A DNA stretch of 64,000 nucleotides from the NCBI GenBank assembly GCA_965219105.1, contig OZ244728.1, forward strand, positions 3,834,180 to 3,898,179, in the 5' to 3' direction. Below are positions 9,583 to 19,918 of this stretch, in pieces. Both the position numbers and the translations under genes were made by a program. The notes under the pieces were generated by a model, which saw only the letters and a list, made by a program, of their open reading frames with translations, had not been told where the DNA came from and did no database searches. Numbering within the stretch: the first letter of the stretch is position 1; every line of letters begins with the position of its first letter. Origin of the DNA: Bryobacteraceae bacterium. Its GTDB lineage: Bacteria > Acidobacteriota > Terriglobia > Bryobacterales > Bryobacteraceae.

Positions 9583-10875
9583 ATGACAGAGCAAGTCGCT
9601 CCGGCAAAGGCTATCCATGGAGTTGTCACAGTGCCGGGCGACAAATCGATTTCCCATCGTTTTGCGATGCTGACTTCGATCGCGGAAGGCGATTCGAAAA
9701 TCTACAATTACTCGACCGGCGCGGATTGCCAATCGACCCTGGCGTGCATGGAAGCGCTTGGTGTTTCGCACACGTTTGGCAACGACGAGGGAAGCCCGGT
9801 GCTGATTGTACACGGCAAGGGCATGGGCGGTTTAACGGCTCCTGTGGGGCCGCTCGACGCGGGCAACTCGGGTTCCACGATTCGCATGCTCTCCGGCATC
9901 CTGGCTGGCCAGTCTTTTACGACAACCATCGCCGGGGATGAATCGCTCGCCAAACGGCCCATGCGACGGATTTTGCAGCCGCTCGGCGAGATGGGCGCGC
10001 AGGTTGAGGCGAAAGACAATCAGTATCCGCCGCTCACTGTTCATGGCTCAAAATTGCGGTCGATTACGTACCGCCCGCCGGTGGCAAGCGCGCAAGTAAA
10101 GAGCTGCGTGTTGCTGGCCGGTTTATATGCCGACGGGGAGACCATTGTCGAGGAGCCTGTCGCCACGCGTGATCATACCGAAATTGCGCTGCGTGAGTTA
10201 GGCGCCGATATTTCGCTGGAGCCGCGGCGGGTTCGTCTGCGCGGCCCCGCTTCGCTTTCCGGCAAGACGCTGGTAGTGCCTGGGGATCTTTCAGGCGCCG
10301 CCTTCTTTATCGTTGCTGCTTTGCTGATACCGGGCTCGGACCTCATTGTGACCGGGGTTGGTTTAAACCCGACCAGGACAGCGCTGCTCGATGTGCTCGG
10401 CGGGATGGGCGCAGCGTTCAAGATACTGCACATCGAAGAGGTGAATGGCGAGCTGATCGGAAACCTTCAGGTGCGCTCCTCTCGCATGCGGGGAGGAGTG
10501 ATCGAGGGTGCTACGACCGCGGCGCTCATAGACGAAATTCCTATTCTGGCGGTTCTCGGTGCTGCCAGCCAGAACGGGCTAATTGTAAGGGACGCAGGCG
10601 AGTTGCGCGTGAAAGAAACCGACCGTATCGAGACGATCGCGCGCAATCTGCGAGCGATGCAGATCGCGGTGACTACCACGGCGGATACGCTCGAGATCCC
10701 GGGCCGGCAGAAGTTTCGCGCGGCCGCCATCGAAAGCTGCGGGGATCATCGGATTGCGATGGCTTTTGCAATTGCCGCGCTGCTGGCGGATGCGCCATCC
10801 ACCATTCAGGATGCCGGCGCTTCTGCTGTTTCCTTTCCCGGCTTCTTCGACGCGCTGCGTCAAGTGGCGCAGTAA
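9583..10875 (+). CDS. aroA: 3-phosphoshikimate 1-carboxyvinyltransferase (EPSP synthase)
   Basis: 'VTVPGDKSISHR' and 'DAGNSGSTIRML' are present. ATG at 9583 chosen because the upstream 55 codons of the ORF have no homology-like content. Confidence 0.9.
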   Translation: MTEQVAPAKAIHGVVTVPGDKSISHRFAMLTSIAEGDSKIYNYSTGADCQSTLACMEALGVSHTFGNDEGSPVLIVHGKGMGGLTAPVGPLDAGNSGSTIRMLSGILAGQSFTTTIAGDESLAKRPMRRILQPLGEMGAQVEAKDNQYPPLTVHGSKLRSITYRPPVASAQVKSCVLLAGLYADGETIVEEPVATRDHTEIALRELGADISLEPRRVRLRGPASLSGKTLVVPGDLSGAAFFIVAALLIPGSDLIVTGVGLNPTRTALLDVLGGMGAAFKILHIEEVNGELIGNLQVRSSRMRGGVIEGATTAALIDEIPILAVLGAASQNGLIVRDAGELRVKETDRIETIARNLRAMQIAVTTTADTLEIPGRQKFRAAAIESCGDHRIAMAFAIAALLADAPSTIQDAGASAVSFPGFFDALRQVAQ

Positions 10876-10886
10876 GGGGCTGCGCC

Positions 10887-11525
10887 ATGGAGGAAGCGAA
10901 CGACGCCGATCTTAGCCAAGAGAGTCTGATCCACGATCTGAACAACGTTTTCGAGACGATTACGGAAGCGGCTGAGCTGCTGAAGGCCGACAAGCGCTGG
11001 AAGCCGCTGGCCGCAACACTGTCTCGAAGCGTGCGGCGCGGCAAGAGGCTGCTTGGGGCAATTCCCGACGGAGCGCCTAACCTGGCGAGCATCGTCGATG
11101 ACGCGATTCAGTCGGTAAGCGATTACTGTCAAGCCGCGCGAAAGCCGCGCATGCGGTGGGTTCGGCGGCTCAGTCCTGAGATCCGGCTGCCTGGGTCATC
11201 GAAAGACTGGGAGCGAGTGTTCGCCAACATGTTTCTGAATACGGCCGAGATCATGCAGCGGCCCGGGCGCATCGAGATCGAATCGAAGAAAGATGCGGGG
11301 GGCCTATCGATCATCGTCTCGGACAACGGGCCGGGTATCGATCCGGAACTGTTGCCCTCGCTGTTTCGTCCGAATGTATCGACCAAGACCGGCACGAGTG
11401 TGCGATCGGGACTTGGCCTGCATATTGTGGCCTCGATTGTGAAGAAGTACTCCGGGCGAGTCTCGGCGGCCAATCGCGAGCGGGGCAAGGGCGCGGTTTT
11501 CACGATATTTATTCCCGAAAATTGA
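10887..11525 (+). CDS. Minimal cytoplasmic histidine kinase (DHp + HATPase_c, no sensor domain)
   Basis: H-box 'LIHDLNNVFETI', N-box 'FANMFLNTAEIM', G1 'SDNGPGID' and G2 'GLGLHIV'. Only 212 aa, with no TM or input domain. Confidence 0.7.
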   Translation: MEEANDADLSQESLIHDLNNVFETITEAAELLKADKRWKPLAATLSRSVRRGKRLLGAIPDGAPNLASIVDDAIQSVSDYCQAARKPRMRWVRRLSPEIRLPGSSKDWERVFANMFLNTAEIMQRPGRIEIESKKDAGGLSIIVSDNGPGIDPELLPSLFRPNVSTKTGTSVRSGLGLHIVASIVKKYSGRVSAANRERGKGAVFTIFIPEN

Positions 11526-11620
11526 GATAATCAAGGGTCTCCTGTCACGCTCTCGAAGAGAGACTGACCGCCAACAGTTGAGCTGGCGTCGCTCTAGACG
11601 GGAGTCCTCACCAATTTCGA

Positions 11621-14041
11621 ATGAGATTTCTTTGCATTCATTGCCATTTCTATCAGCCTCCGCGGGAGAACCCGTGGCTCGAAGAGATCGAGCTGCAAGA
11701 TTCGGCTTATCCGTACCACGATTGGAACGAACGGATTTCGGCCGAGTGCTACGGCCCCAACCTGGCCGCGCGAATTTTAGATGGCCAGCAGCGAATCAGC
11801 TCAATCGTCAACAACTATTCGAAGATCAGCTTCAATTTCGGGCCTACCTTGCTGTCCTGGGCAGCTGAACATGCGCCGGAGATGTATCGGGGATTGATTG
11901 AGGCCGACCGGCAGAGCCAACGGCACTTTTCCGGGCACGGTTCCGCGATTGCCCAGGCTTACAACCACATCATCATGCCGCTGGCGAACCGGCGTGACAA
12001 GGCCACTCAGATTCGCTGGGGAGTGGCCGATTTCTGCAGCCGTTTTGGACGCCATCCGGAAGGCATGTGGCTTCCAGAGACCGCAGTCGATATTGAGTCG
12101 CTCGATTTGCTGGCCGAGGCTGGCATTCGCTATACGATTCTCGCTCCACACCAGGCTCAAGCGATTCGTCCGATGGGCGGGGAGGAGTGGCAGGATGTGA
12201 CCGGGTCGAAAATTGACCCGACCCGAGCCTATCTTTTTCGCACTCCCAGCGGAAGGTCGATCAACATTTTCTTCTACGACGGGCCCATCTCACAGGCGGT
12301 GGCGTTTGAAAAGTTGCTGGATAATGGTGAGAAGTTCGCCTCCCGTCTCCTCGGCGGATTTTCAGATCAGCGGAACGGATCGCAGCTGGTTCATATCGCA
12401 ACCGACGGAGAGACTTACGGACATCATCATCGCTACGGCGAAATGGCGCTGGCTTACGCTCTCGACTACATCGAGCGGAACAAGTCCGCGCGGATCACCA
12501 ACTACGGAGAGTTTCTCGAGTTAAACCCGCCGACCTGGGAGGTGCAGATCTATGAGCGTACTGCCTGGAGCTGCGTGCATGGGGTCGAGCGATGGCAAAG
12601 CAACTGTGGGTGCAACTCGGGGCGTGCCGGCTGGCATCAAGGCTGGCGGGCCCCACTTCGGGCGGCACTGGATTTTCTACGCGACTGGGTGAGTCCTCGC
12701 TTTGAAGGCTTAGGCAAGAATCTCTTTCGGGATCCTTGGGCCGCTCGCGATGCTTACATCGACGTGGTGCTGAACCGAGCGCCGGAAACTCGGGAGCGGT
12801 TCGGGCGGGAACACTTCTCGCATGAACTCAAAGGCAACGAAGAAGTGCTCGCCTGGAAGCTGCTTGAGCTACAGCGGCACGCCATGCTCATGTATACGAG
12901 CTGCGGCTGGTTCTTCGATGATCTTTCCGGGATCGAAACCGTGCAGGTGATTGAGTATGCGGGGCGTGTGGTTCAGCTGGCGGAACAGCTGTTTGGCGAG
13001 CCTGTTGAAGCCAAGTTCCTGACGTTCTTGGAGGCGGCGCGAAGCAATCTCCCTGAGTACGGAAGCGGCGCGGACATTTACACCCGATACGTAAAACCGT
13101 CGATCGTGGATCTGGAAAAGGTGGGAGCGCATTACTCGATCAGTTCGCTTTTCGCTCCTTATGGCGAGCGCGCAGACATTTTCTCGTATTCGGTAAAGCG
13201 CCTCGACTATCACACGCGGGATGCGGGCAAGATGAGGATGGCGCTTGGCCGAGCCAGTTTCACTTCAAAGATTACCCAAGAGTGCGAGTTGCTTACGTTC
13301 TGGGTTGTGCACTTCGGCGACCATAACGTGGCGGGCGGAGTGAGGCGGTCGCAAGGCTGTTCAGAGTATGAAGATCTGATTGAGGCGCTCAGCGAATCTT
13401 TTTCGCGGGTCGACATCCCTGAAGTAGTCCGGCTGCTCGATCGCCGGTTTGGAGAAAAGACATACTCGCTGCGTTCACTTTTTCGCGATGAACAGCGCCG
13501 TATCGTGCGGACCATTCTTTCCAGCACGGTAGCGGAAGCCGAGGCAGCCTATTTGCAGATCTATGAACATCATGCGGCGCTGATGCGATTTATCTCCAGC
13601 CTGGGCACGCCGATGCCGCGCGAGTTTACAGCGGCAGTCGAGTATGCGCTCAATAGCTTGCTGAGGCGCGCCTGTTCGGCAGAGGAACTGGATGGGGAAC
13701 GCATCCGGAGTTTACTCCGCGAGGCGCAAACGAGCAGCACAAACCTGGACAAGACGACGCTCGAGTTTTTGCTCCGGCACAAGCTGGAAGGCATTGCCCG
13801 GCAGTTTGCGGCCGACACAGCGAACCTTCGTAAGCTGGAACATCTGGAGAACACGCTGTGTATCGTGCAGCAGATGCCGTTCCCAGTTAATCTCTGGTCG
13901 GTTCAGAACGAAGTGTATGCGCTGCAGGACACGGTTCACGCTCGCATCCGAAGACGGGCAAGCCGGGGCGATCTCAAAGCGCAAAATTGGAGTGACGCTT
14001 ATCTGCGGCTGAGCGAATTGCTTTCAATACGGGTTGCGTAG
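11621..14041 (+). CDS. Glycoside hydrolase family 57 protein with long C-terminal (DUF3536-like) domain
   Basis: The N-terminus 'MRFLCIHCHFYQPPRENPW' is the classic GH57 start. 806 aa. Confidence 0.8.
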   Translation: MRFLCIHCHFYQPPRENPWLEEIELQDSAYPYHDWNERISAECYGPNLAARILDGQQRISSIVNNYSKISFNFGPTLLSWAAEHAPEMYRGLIEADRQSQRHFSGHGSAIAQAYNHIIMPLANRRDKATQIRWGVADFCSRFGRHPEGMWLPETAVDIESLDLLAEAGIRYTILAPHQAQAIRPMGGEEWQDVTGSKIDPTRAYLFRTPSGRSINIFFYDGPISQAVAFEKLLDNGEKFASRLLGGFSDQRNGSQLVHIATDGETYGHHHRYGEMALAYALDYIERNKSARITNYGEFLELNPPTWEVQIYERTAWSCVHGVERWQSNCGCNSGRAGWHQGWRAPLRAALDFLRDWVSPRFEGLGKNLFRDPWAARDAYIDVVLNRAPETRERFGREHFSHELKGNEEVLAWKLLELQRHAMLMYTSCGWFFDDLSGIETVQVIEYAGRVVQLAEQLFGEPVEAKFLTFLEAARSNLPEYGSGADIYTRYVKPSIVDLEKVGAHYSISSLFAPYGERADIFSYSVKRLDYHTRDAGKMRMALGRASFTSKITQECELLTFWVVHFGDHNVAGGVRRSQGCSEYEDLIEALSESFSRVDIPEVVRLLDRRFGEKTYSLRSLFRDEQRRIVRTILSSTVAEAEAAYLQIYEHHAALMRFISSLGTPMPREFTAAVEYALNSLLRRACSAEELDGERIRSLLREAQTSSTNLDKTTLEFLLRHKLEGIARQFAADTANLRKLEHLENTLCIVQQMPFPVNLWSVQNEVYALQDTVHARIRRRASRGDLKAQNWSDAYLRLSELLSIRVA

Positions 14042-14373
14042 AGTTCGGTGGGACTCAGGACTGGTCGATCTCGGACAGAGAACCTACAATCTGGGAATCC
14101 TGGACGTGCAAGACGCCGTCCTTTGGCAGATATCGGTCGATTCCGTCGCTACCGCCCGCCCGGTGCTGCAATCCCTAGTGATGATTGAAAAGAAACCACA
14201 AGATGATCAAGAAGCCCGGAACACCGAGGAGCCATGCAAATAAGTATTTCATAAGTCGGCAGTCTACTAGCATCTTTGGGGCCAGACTCGGATTCTAGTG
14301 ATTTTGTGCAAGAAGCAGCACCGGCGCGTGTAACTTTGTCCTGCACGAGACGGCAAGATTTTCTGGTGCAAGA

Positions 14374-15408
14374 TCAAGCTTCGGCCATTGCCGCTTTGTC
14401 GATCTCGATGTCATCGACTTCGGCAGGCGTGATCTCGTTGAGCGAGAAGCCGAACCGCGCGGCAACATCGGGAGCGTAACGCAGCAGATCCTGGCGCAGT
14501 CGCAGGAGAGCAAGATCCTTCGTTTTCGCCTCGAGCATGACATCGGTTTCGAGATGGGCGATTGAGCGGAAAAAGGTAATGAACTCCCAGGGATGAATGA
14601 AGTCGGCGTGGCCGGTCCAGATTGGGGCCTGCAAGAAAGTTTTCTTGCGGCCGGTTTTGCGATCTTTGCGTTTTACTTCACGGAGCTCCGTTCGCGGGGA
14701 AGAAATGTGGATCTTGGGCCGAACGCCACGTGGCCAGGTTTGCAGGAAGCGCTCGAGTGTGGGGATTAGTTCCAGACCTGTCGGGTTCAGGCACCAGAAG
14801 TGCTGCAGATCAAATACCAGGCGAACTCCGGTGCGGTCATGAATGCCTAGAACGTCGGCTGCGCTATACCGGAGATCGTCGTGCTCGAGCACCAGACGCG
14901 AACGGACGGCCGCTGGCAGCTTATCCCAAGTCTGGCACCAGCGATCGATGCCGCTTGCGATGTCGCCGTATGTTCCGCCGACGTGGATCACGAGCACGGC
15001 TTCGGGGCCCAACTCCATCCGATCCAGGATTTCGGCCTGTACTCTTAGATCCCAGACGCTTCGTTCGCGCAGCGCGGCGTCGGGGCTATTTAACACGATG
15101 AACTGCGACGGATGGAACGAGAGGCGCAGATCGAGATCGGCGGCTCGCCGGCCGGCTGCTTTCAGCTCCTTGCGGCTCTCGGCTACCTGATTATGAAACT
15201 GGTGGAGGTCGGGATGAGTAGAGTAGGGCGCAAGGTCGGAGGCCATACGATACATGTGCAGGGAGTTTGCTTCCATGTAGTCGAAAATTGCGCTGAGGTG
15301 TTCGAGCGATGCCCGGAGGTGGGGGCTCGATTGCCAACGGCGCGTATCGTTGCTCTTTAAACCGGCTGCGCCGAGCACCTTCACAGGAAATCCAAGCCGT
15401 AGATTCAT
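14374..15408 (-). CDS. uvsE: UV damage endonuclease (UvsE/UVDE)
   Basis: 344 aa TIM-barrel nuclease-like sequence ('LRLGFPVKVLG', 'VLVIHVGG', 'LVLEHDD') matching my memory of UvsE. Confidence 0.7.
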   Translation of the reverse strand: MNLRLGFPVKVLGAAGLKSNDTRRWQSSPHLRASLEHLSAIFDYMEANSLHMYRMASDLAPYSTHPDLHQFHNQVAESRKELKAAGRRAADLDLRLSFHPSQFIVLNSPDAALRERSVWDLRVQAEILDRMELGPEAVLVIHVGGTYGDIASGIDRWCQTWDKLPAAVRSRLVLEHDDLRYSAADVLGIHDRTGVRLVFDLQHFWCLNPTGLELIPTLERFLQTWPRGVRPKIHISSPRTELREVKRKDRKTGRKKTFLQAPIWTGHADFIHPWEFITFFRSIAHLETDVMLEAKTKDLALLRLRQDLLRYAPDVAARFGFSLNEITPAEVDDIEIDKAAMAEA

Positions 15409-15598
15409 TTTGGGGAATGCGCTTCTTTCATCACTCGCAATGAGGATGCCTGGAAACGGAGAAGGCGTTCAAAATCGTACGGGGCGGTTCGAAGAAGATC
15501 AAGCCAAGGGATTGTTATTCTGAGAGAACGTTGTACCTTCGTTCTTCCGCGAGCGCGCCAGGCAGGCACTTCATCGGCTCTGGTCAATAAACGACAGC

Positions 15599-17941
15599 AT
15601 GCGGATACTTAGCAAGGCCATTTTCAAGGAAGTGTTTACCAGCGCGCTGATCGGCACGCTGCTGTTCATTTTCGTCCTGTTCCTGCGAACGATTGAACGT
15701 TTGTCGTCGCTGCTGGTGAAGACATCGGCGCCGGCTCCTGTGGTGGCGAAACTCCTGCTCTATGCGCTACCTTCTACGCTGCCGTTTGCGCTCCCGCTCG
15801 GCGTGCTGGTCGGAGTGCTGATCGGGCTCAGCCGCATGTCGGCGGACAGCGAGATTACGGCGATGCGGGCGGGCGGCGTTTCGAGTGCAAGCGTCCTGCG
15901 GCCAGTGCTCCTGTTTTCCACGCTGGCGCTGATTGTGACGGCCACGGCTTCGCTTTGGCTGACTCCGTTCTCGCTGCATCTGGAAACCAAGGTGGCGCGA
16001 AACTTTGCCGCTGCACAGTTGACAGGCAATATCGAATCACGGATCTTCGATGAAGATTTCCCAAACCTCGTACTCTATGTCGGCAATGTGAGTACCGTGG
16101 GTAAGCAAATTGTGTGGCGGCAGGTTTTGATGGCGGATACTACACCGGCCGGTCAGCTGCAGCAGGAGGGGAAAAACCGGGGTGCAGGACCGCGGATCAT
16201 GGTAGCCGAAGAAGCCATCCCGCATCCGGATTCGGGCAATAACCGTATCGTGCTCGAAATGCGGAATTTCCGTTCGACCGAGCGCGATAAAGACGGCAAC
16301 ATCGTGAACACAGCTGCGCCGGTGCAGGTGGAGTCGATCGAGGCGCAAAAGCAGGAAGATCTGCAGTTGAACAAAACGGTGCAGGAACTCGACACTGTGC
16401 CGCTGTATAAGCGCGTCTACCGGCACCACGATCTTTCGCGTGAAGATTACACCGATGCGGCGATCGAGCTACATCAACGTTTTGCTCTCCCGCTGGCTTG
16501 CATTCTTTTGTCGCTGGTTGGCATTCCACTCGGCATTTCTTCGCGCAAAGGCGGGAAGTCTACTGCCTTCGTCATGACAGTAGTGTTGGCGTTCGTTTAC
16601 TACTTGAGCTTTATCACGTTGATTGGATTGGCCAAAAAGGGCAGTCTGCCCGTACCTGTTGCCGTTTGGACGCCCGATGCCGTGTTCTTGCTTTGGGGTT
16701 TGTTTTTGACATCCCGGCTTGAGAAGCCTGGCGATGGGGACGTCATCTCCTGGGCCAGAGCTTCGATTCAGCGGCTCTACGGGCGAATGCGGACGATGCG
16801 AGCCACTCAGCCGGGCCAGCGTCAAGTGCGCGTCAGCGGGTCACGGCGGTTCGGCTGGCGGCCGCTGCTGATCGACGCCTACGTGCTAAACGGATTCATC
16901 TTCTACCTTGTGGTGCTGCTAGGAGCGCTCGTGGCGCTGATCGAGGTGTTTACGTTTTTCGAACTGCTGGGAGACATGGTCAAGAACGATATCAGCATGT
17001 CGATGATGCTCGATTACCTGTATCATCTTGCGCCGAGTTTGATATACCAGCTTGCGCCCATCGGCATCTTGATCGCCTCCCTGATCTGTTTCGGCATATT
17101 GACCAAGTACAACGAGGTCACCGCGTTCAAAGCCGGCGGTGTAAGCGTTCACAGGTTGGCGGCGCCTGTGTTGGCGGCAAGTTTCATCGTCAGCGCTCTC
17201 TTGTTCGCCTTCGACCACTACTACATTCCCGAGGCAAACAGGCGGCAGGAGATGCTGCGAGCCGTTATCCGGAAAAAGCCGGTAGCCACTTACTTGCGGC
17301 CTGACCGGCAATGGGTGTTTGGAGAGGGCTCGCGGGTCTACAATTACCGGCACTTCGATCCCAAGAAAGCAGTGATGTCGACGGTAAATGTGTACGAGCT
17401 AAACCCGGCCACATTCCAGATCGATCATCAGATATCGGCGAAACGGGCTGCCTGGGATCCGATGCTCCATAACTGGGTTTTCTCTGACGGAATTAGCATG
17501 GGGGAGGGTGACGATCTGATGTTCCACAACAGTACCCACGTGTTTCGTGAATTGACCGAGCCGCCATCGTGGTTTGCCAAGGAGGAGAAAGAGTACAAGG
17601 AGATGAACTTCCAGGAGCTCGGGAAGTACATCAATGAACTGCGCACCATGGGGCTGAATACCGTACCCCTTCAGGTGCAGTATTACAAGAAGTTTTCAGT
17701 CCCGCTCTTCGCGTTGATCATGGCGCTGTTGAGCATTCCGTTCGCTTTCGTCGCCGGGAACCGCGGAGCCATGACTGGCGTGGGAATCAGTCTAGCTATT
17801 GCCATTGCCTACTGGACTGTGAGTACGGTATTCGAGCAGATCGGTGATTTGAATCAGTTGCCGGCGGCGATGGCGGCCTGGTCCCCGGATGTCATCTTTT
17901 CGCTAGCCGGTTTGTACCTCATGGCGCGAATGAAGACTTGA
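15599..17941 (+). CDS. Fused LptF-LptG LPS export permease (two YjgP/YjgQ modules in one polypeptide)
   Basis: 780 aa. The N-terminal half starts 'MRILSKAIFKEV...' with 'EITAMRAGGVS'. The second half restarts near residue 420 with 'LIDAYVLNGFIFYL...' and 'EVTAFKAGGVS'. Confidence 0.8.
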   Translation: MRILSKAIFKEVFTSALIGTLLFIFVLFLRTIERLSSLLVKTSAPAPVVAKLLLYALPSTLPFALPLGVLVGVLIGLSRMSADSEITAMRAGGVSSASVLRPVLLFSTLALIVTATASLWLTPFSLHLETKVARNFAAAQLTGNIESRIFDEDFPNLVLYVGNVSTVGKQIVWRQVLMADTTPAGQLQQEGKNRGAGPRIMVAEEAIPHPDSGNNRIVLEMRNFRSTERDKDGNIVNTAAPVQVESIEAQKQEDLQLNKTVQELDTVPLYKRVYRHHDLSREDYTDAAIELHQRFALPLACILLSLVGIPLGISSRKGGKSTAFVMTVVLAFVYYLSFITLIGLAKKGSLPVPVAVWTPDAVFLLWGLFLTSRLEKPGDGDVISWARASIQRLYGRMRTMRATQPGQRQVRVSGSRRFGWRPLLIDAYVLNGFIFYLVVLLGALVALIEVFTFFELLGDMVKNDISMSMMLDYLYHLAPSLIYQLAPIGILIASLICFGILTKYNEVTAFKAGGVSVHRLAAPVLAASFIVSALLFAFDHYYIPEANRRQEMLRAVIRKKPVATYLRPDRQWVFGEGSRVYNYRHFDPKKAVMSTVNVYELNPATFQIDHQISAKRAAWDPMLHNWVFSDGISMGEGDDLMFHNSTHVFRELTEPPSWFAKEEKEYKEMNFQELGKYINELRTMGLNTVPLQVQYYKKFSVPLFALIMALLSIPFAFVAGNRGAMTGVGISLAIAIAYWTVSTVFEQIGDLNQLPAAMAAWSPDVIFSLAGLYLMARMKT

Positions 17942-17953
17942 AAAAGGGAGGGA

Positions 17954-18030
17954 TGGTGCGCCCGGACAGATTCGAACTGCCGGCCTTCTGGTTCGTAGCC
18001 AGACGCTCTATCCAGCTGAGCTACGGGCGC
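17954..18030 (-). tRNA. tRNA-Arg (anticodon ACG)
   Basis: The reverse complement GCGCCCGTAGCTCAGCTGGATAGAGCGTCTGGCTACGAACCAGAAGGCCGGCAGTTCGAATCTGTCCGGGCGCACCA folds by hand into a cloverleaf: 7-bp acceptor, TTCGAAT T-loop, anticodon loop CT-ACG-AA, encoded CCA. Confidence 0.9.
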
Positions 18031-18037
18031 ACAACTC

Positions 18038-19000
18038 TTACAGTGTATCAGCCGGGCCGCTCTCCGGCGGTGGAGCGCCCAGAAGGGAATTCTCCAGGGA
18101 GAGGCACGTTACGCAGTTACGCCCGCTGGCTTTCGAGCGATAAAGTGCTTCATCGGCTACGCGGACGTAAGCGCCCGGGTCGCGATCGGTGCCGTCCGAG
18201 ACAGTGACGCCGAAACTCGCCGAAACGCGGATCTCGATGCCGTCCACGATCATCGAACTGGCGTTCAGCCGCTCACGCATACGTTCAGCCTGATGGGTCG
18301 CCTGTTCCAAGTCGCAATTGGGTAATACGACCAGAAACTCCTCGCCGCCATAGCGCCCCACCTGATCGTAGGTCCGCATATTTGCGCGCAACCTGGATGC
18401 GGCTTCGCGCAGCACGCCGTCGCCGGCGAAGTGACCGTGAGTGTCGTTGATTTTCTTAAAGTGATCGATGTCCAGCAGAATGATTCCGACCGAGCGATGG
18501 TCACGGTGACAGCGAATGAGCTCATTGTCGAGCGCGGTCGTAATGGCCGGGCGGTTCGGCAGCGTGGTAAGCAGATCTTTATTGGCGCGGTCGCGAAGTT
18601 CTTCACGCGCTTGCAGCAACTCCATCTGGAGATCGACAATCCGTTTACCGACCCGCAGCCGTCCGTGCAACTCGTGCTGATCGAATGGTTTGACGATGTA
18701 ATCGTCAGCGCCGGCATCCAATCCTTCCACCGTTTCGCCCTTGGTGTTCTTAGAAGTAAGAAGCAGGATGTAAGTGTAGGGCTCGCGGTGCAGTTCGCGA
18801 ACCCGGCGGCATACTTCAGGCCCAGTCATCTGCGGCATGACCCAGTCCAAAATTGCCAGGGGCGGCGCATCGGGTTGGGCCAAAATTTCCCAAGCCGCGC
18901 CACCGTGTTCGGCAACTATGACCTCATAACCCCAACTCGATAATGCTTTCCGTAGAATCAGACGCGATTGCGCGCTGTCATCTGCAATCAGTACTTTCAT
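18038..19000 (-). CDS. Response regulator with GGDEF output (PleD-like diguanylate cyclase)
   Basis: REC domain ('VLIADDS', 'LAILDWVMPQMTG'), GGDEF domain with an intact 'GGEEF', and an RxxD I-site ('RTYD') 5 residues upstream. Confidence 0.85.
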   Translation of the reverse strand: MKVLIADDSAQSRLILRKALSSWGYEVIVAEHGGAAWEILAQPDAPPLAILDWVMPQMTGPEVCRRVRELHREPYTYILLLTSKNTKGETVEGLDAGADDYIVKPFDQHELHGRLRVGKRIVDLQMELLQAREELRDRANKDLLTTLPNRPAITTALDNELIRCHRDHRSVGIILLDIDHFKKINDTHGHFAGDGVLREAASRLRANMRTYDQVGRYGGEEFLVVLPNCDLEQATHQAERMRERLNASSMIVDGIEIRVSASFGVTVSDGTDRDPGAYVRVADEALYRSKASGRNCVTCLSLENSLLGAPPPESGPADTL

Positions 19001-19278
19001 ACCTTGCCGTGCTCTTGCCTCTAAAAGCTACGTCGGCTGCGCAACGCCGAAACATTAGCACACAGGTTGAAATATTTTTGGATCTCTGGGATTGAAGACG
19101 TAATCACAGCCCTGCAGCAAAAGATAGTGACGGCCGCGTCTGAATGATCTCATTCCGTCATCGCCCAAAGCGCTAGGCAGCGCCGCGCTCCAGGATCAGC
19201 GAACGTCATCCTATATTATGGGTGTGCCGCCCCACTATTGTTGAGAAATACGCAAGGCGTTGTTTTATAAGGAGCTTT

Positions 19279-19896
19279 ATGCAGAATTCAGTACTGGTGC
19301 CTATGGTTGTGGAGCAGACCTCTCGGGGTGAGCGTGCTTACGACATATACTCCCGTCTGCTCAAAGAGAACATCATTTTTCTCGGCACGCCGATTGACGA
19401 TAACGTCGCGAATTTGATCATGGCCCAGATGTTATTCTTAGCCGCAGAGGATCCGGAACGGGATATATCCTTATACATCAACTCGCCCGGCGGGTCGATT
19501 ACCGCCGGGCTGGCTATCCTGGACACGATGAGGCTGATTGAGCCGGACATCGTGACCTATTGCCTGGGGCAAGCCGCCTCGATGGCCGCAGTACTTCTGG
19601 CATGCGGGACAAAAGGCAAGCGGTTCAGCCTGCCCAACTCGCGCATTTTAATTCACCAGCCGTCTATGAGTGGATTAGGCGGACAAGCCGCGGACATCGA
19701 CATTTATGCCCGCGAGATTCTTCGGATGCGGCAGTCCTTGAACGAGATTTTGGCCGATGCAACCGGGCAACCGGTGGAGAAAATCGCTCGCGATGTGGAC
19801 CGCGACTATATTCTTGAACCCGATGCGGCGCTCGAGTACGGAATGATCGACAAAATCATTGCCAACCGGGCGGTTACCCCAGGTCCCGGGCGCTAA
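19279..19896 (+). CDS. clpP: ATP-dependent Clp protease proteolytic subunit
   Basis: '[19 protein letters not shown]', Ser motif '[11 protein letters not shown]' and 'IHQP'. AAGGAG lies 5 nt upstream of the ATG at 19279. No clpX or tig adjacent. Confidence 0.9.
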   Translation: MQNSVLVPMVVEQTSRGERAYDIYSRLLKENIIFLGTPIDDNVANLIMAQMLFLAAEDPERDISLYINSPGGSITAGLAILDTMRLIEPDIVTYCLGQAASMAAVLLACGTKGKRFSLPNSRILIHQPSMSGLGGQAADIDIYAREILRMRQSLNEILADATGQPVEKIARDVDRDYILEPDAALEYGMIDKIIANRAVTPGPGR

Positions 19897-19918
19897 ATCT
19901 TTCGGTTAATTGGGCTAA

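Noticed and set aside
19040-19090. CIRCE-like heat-shock operator upstream of clpP ('TTAGCACAC').
   Set aside because: Only one half-site is present. There is no inverted GAGTGCTAA partner 9 nt downstream.
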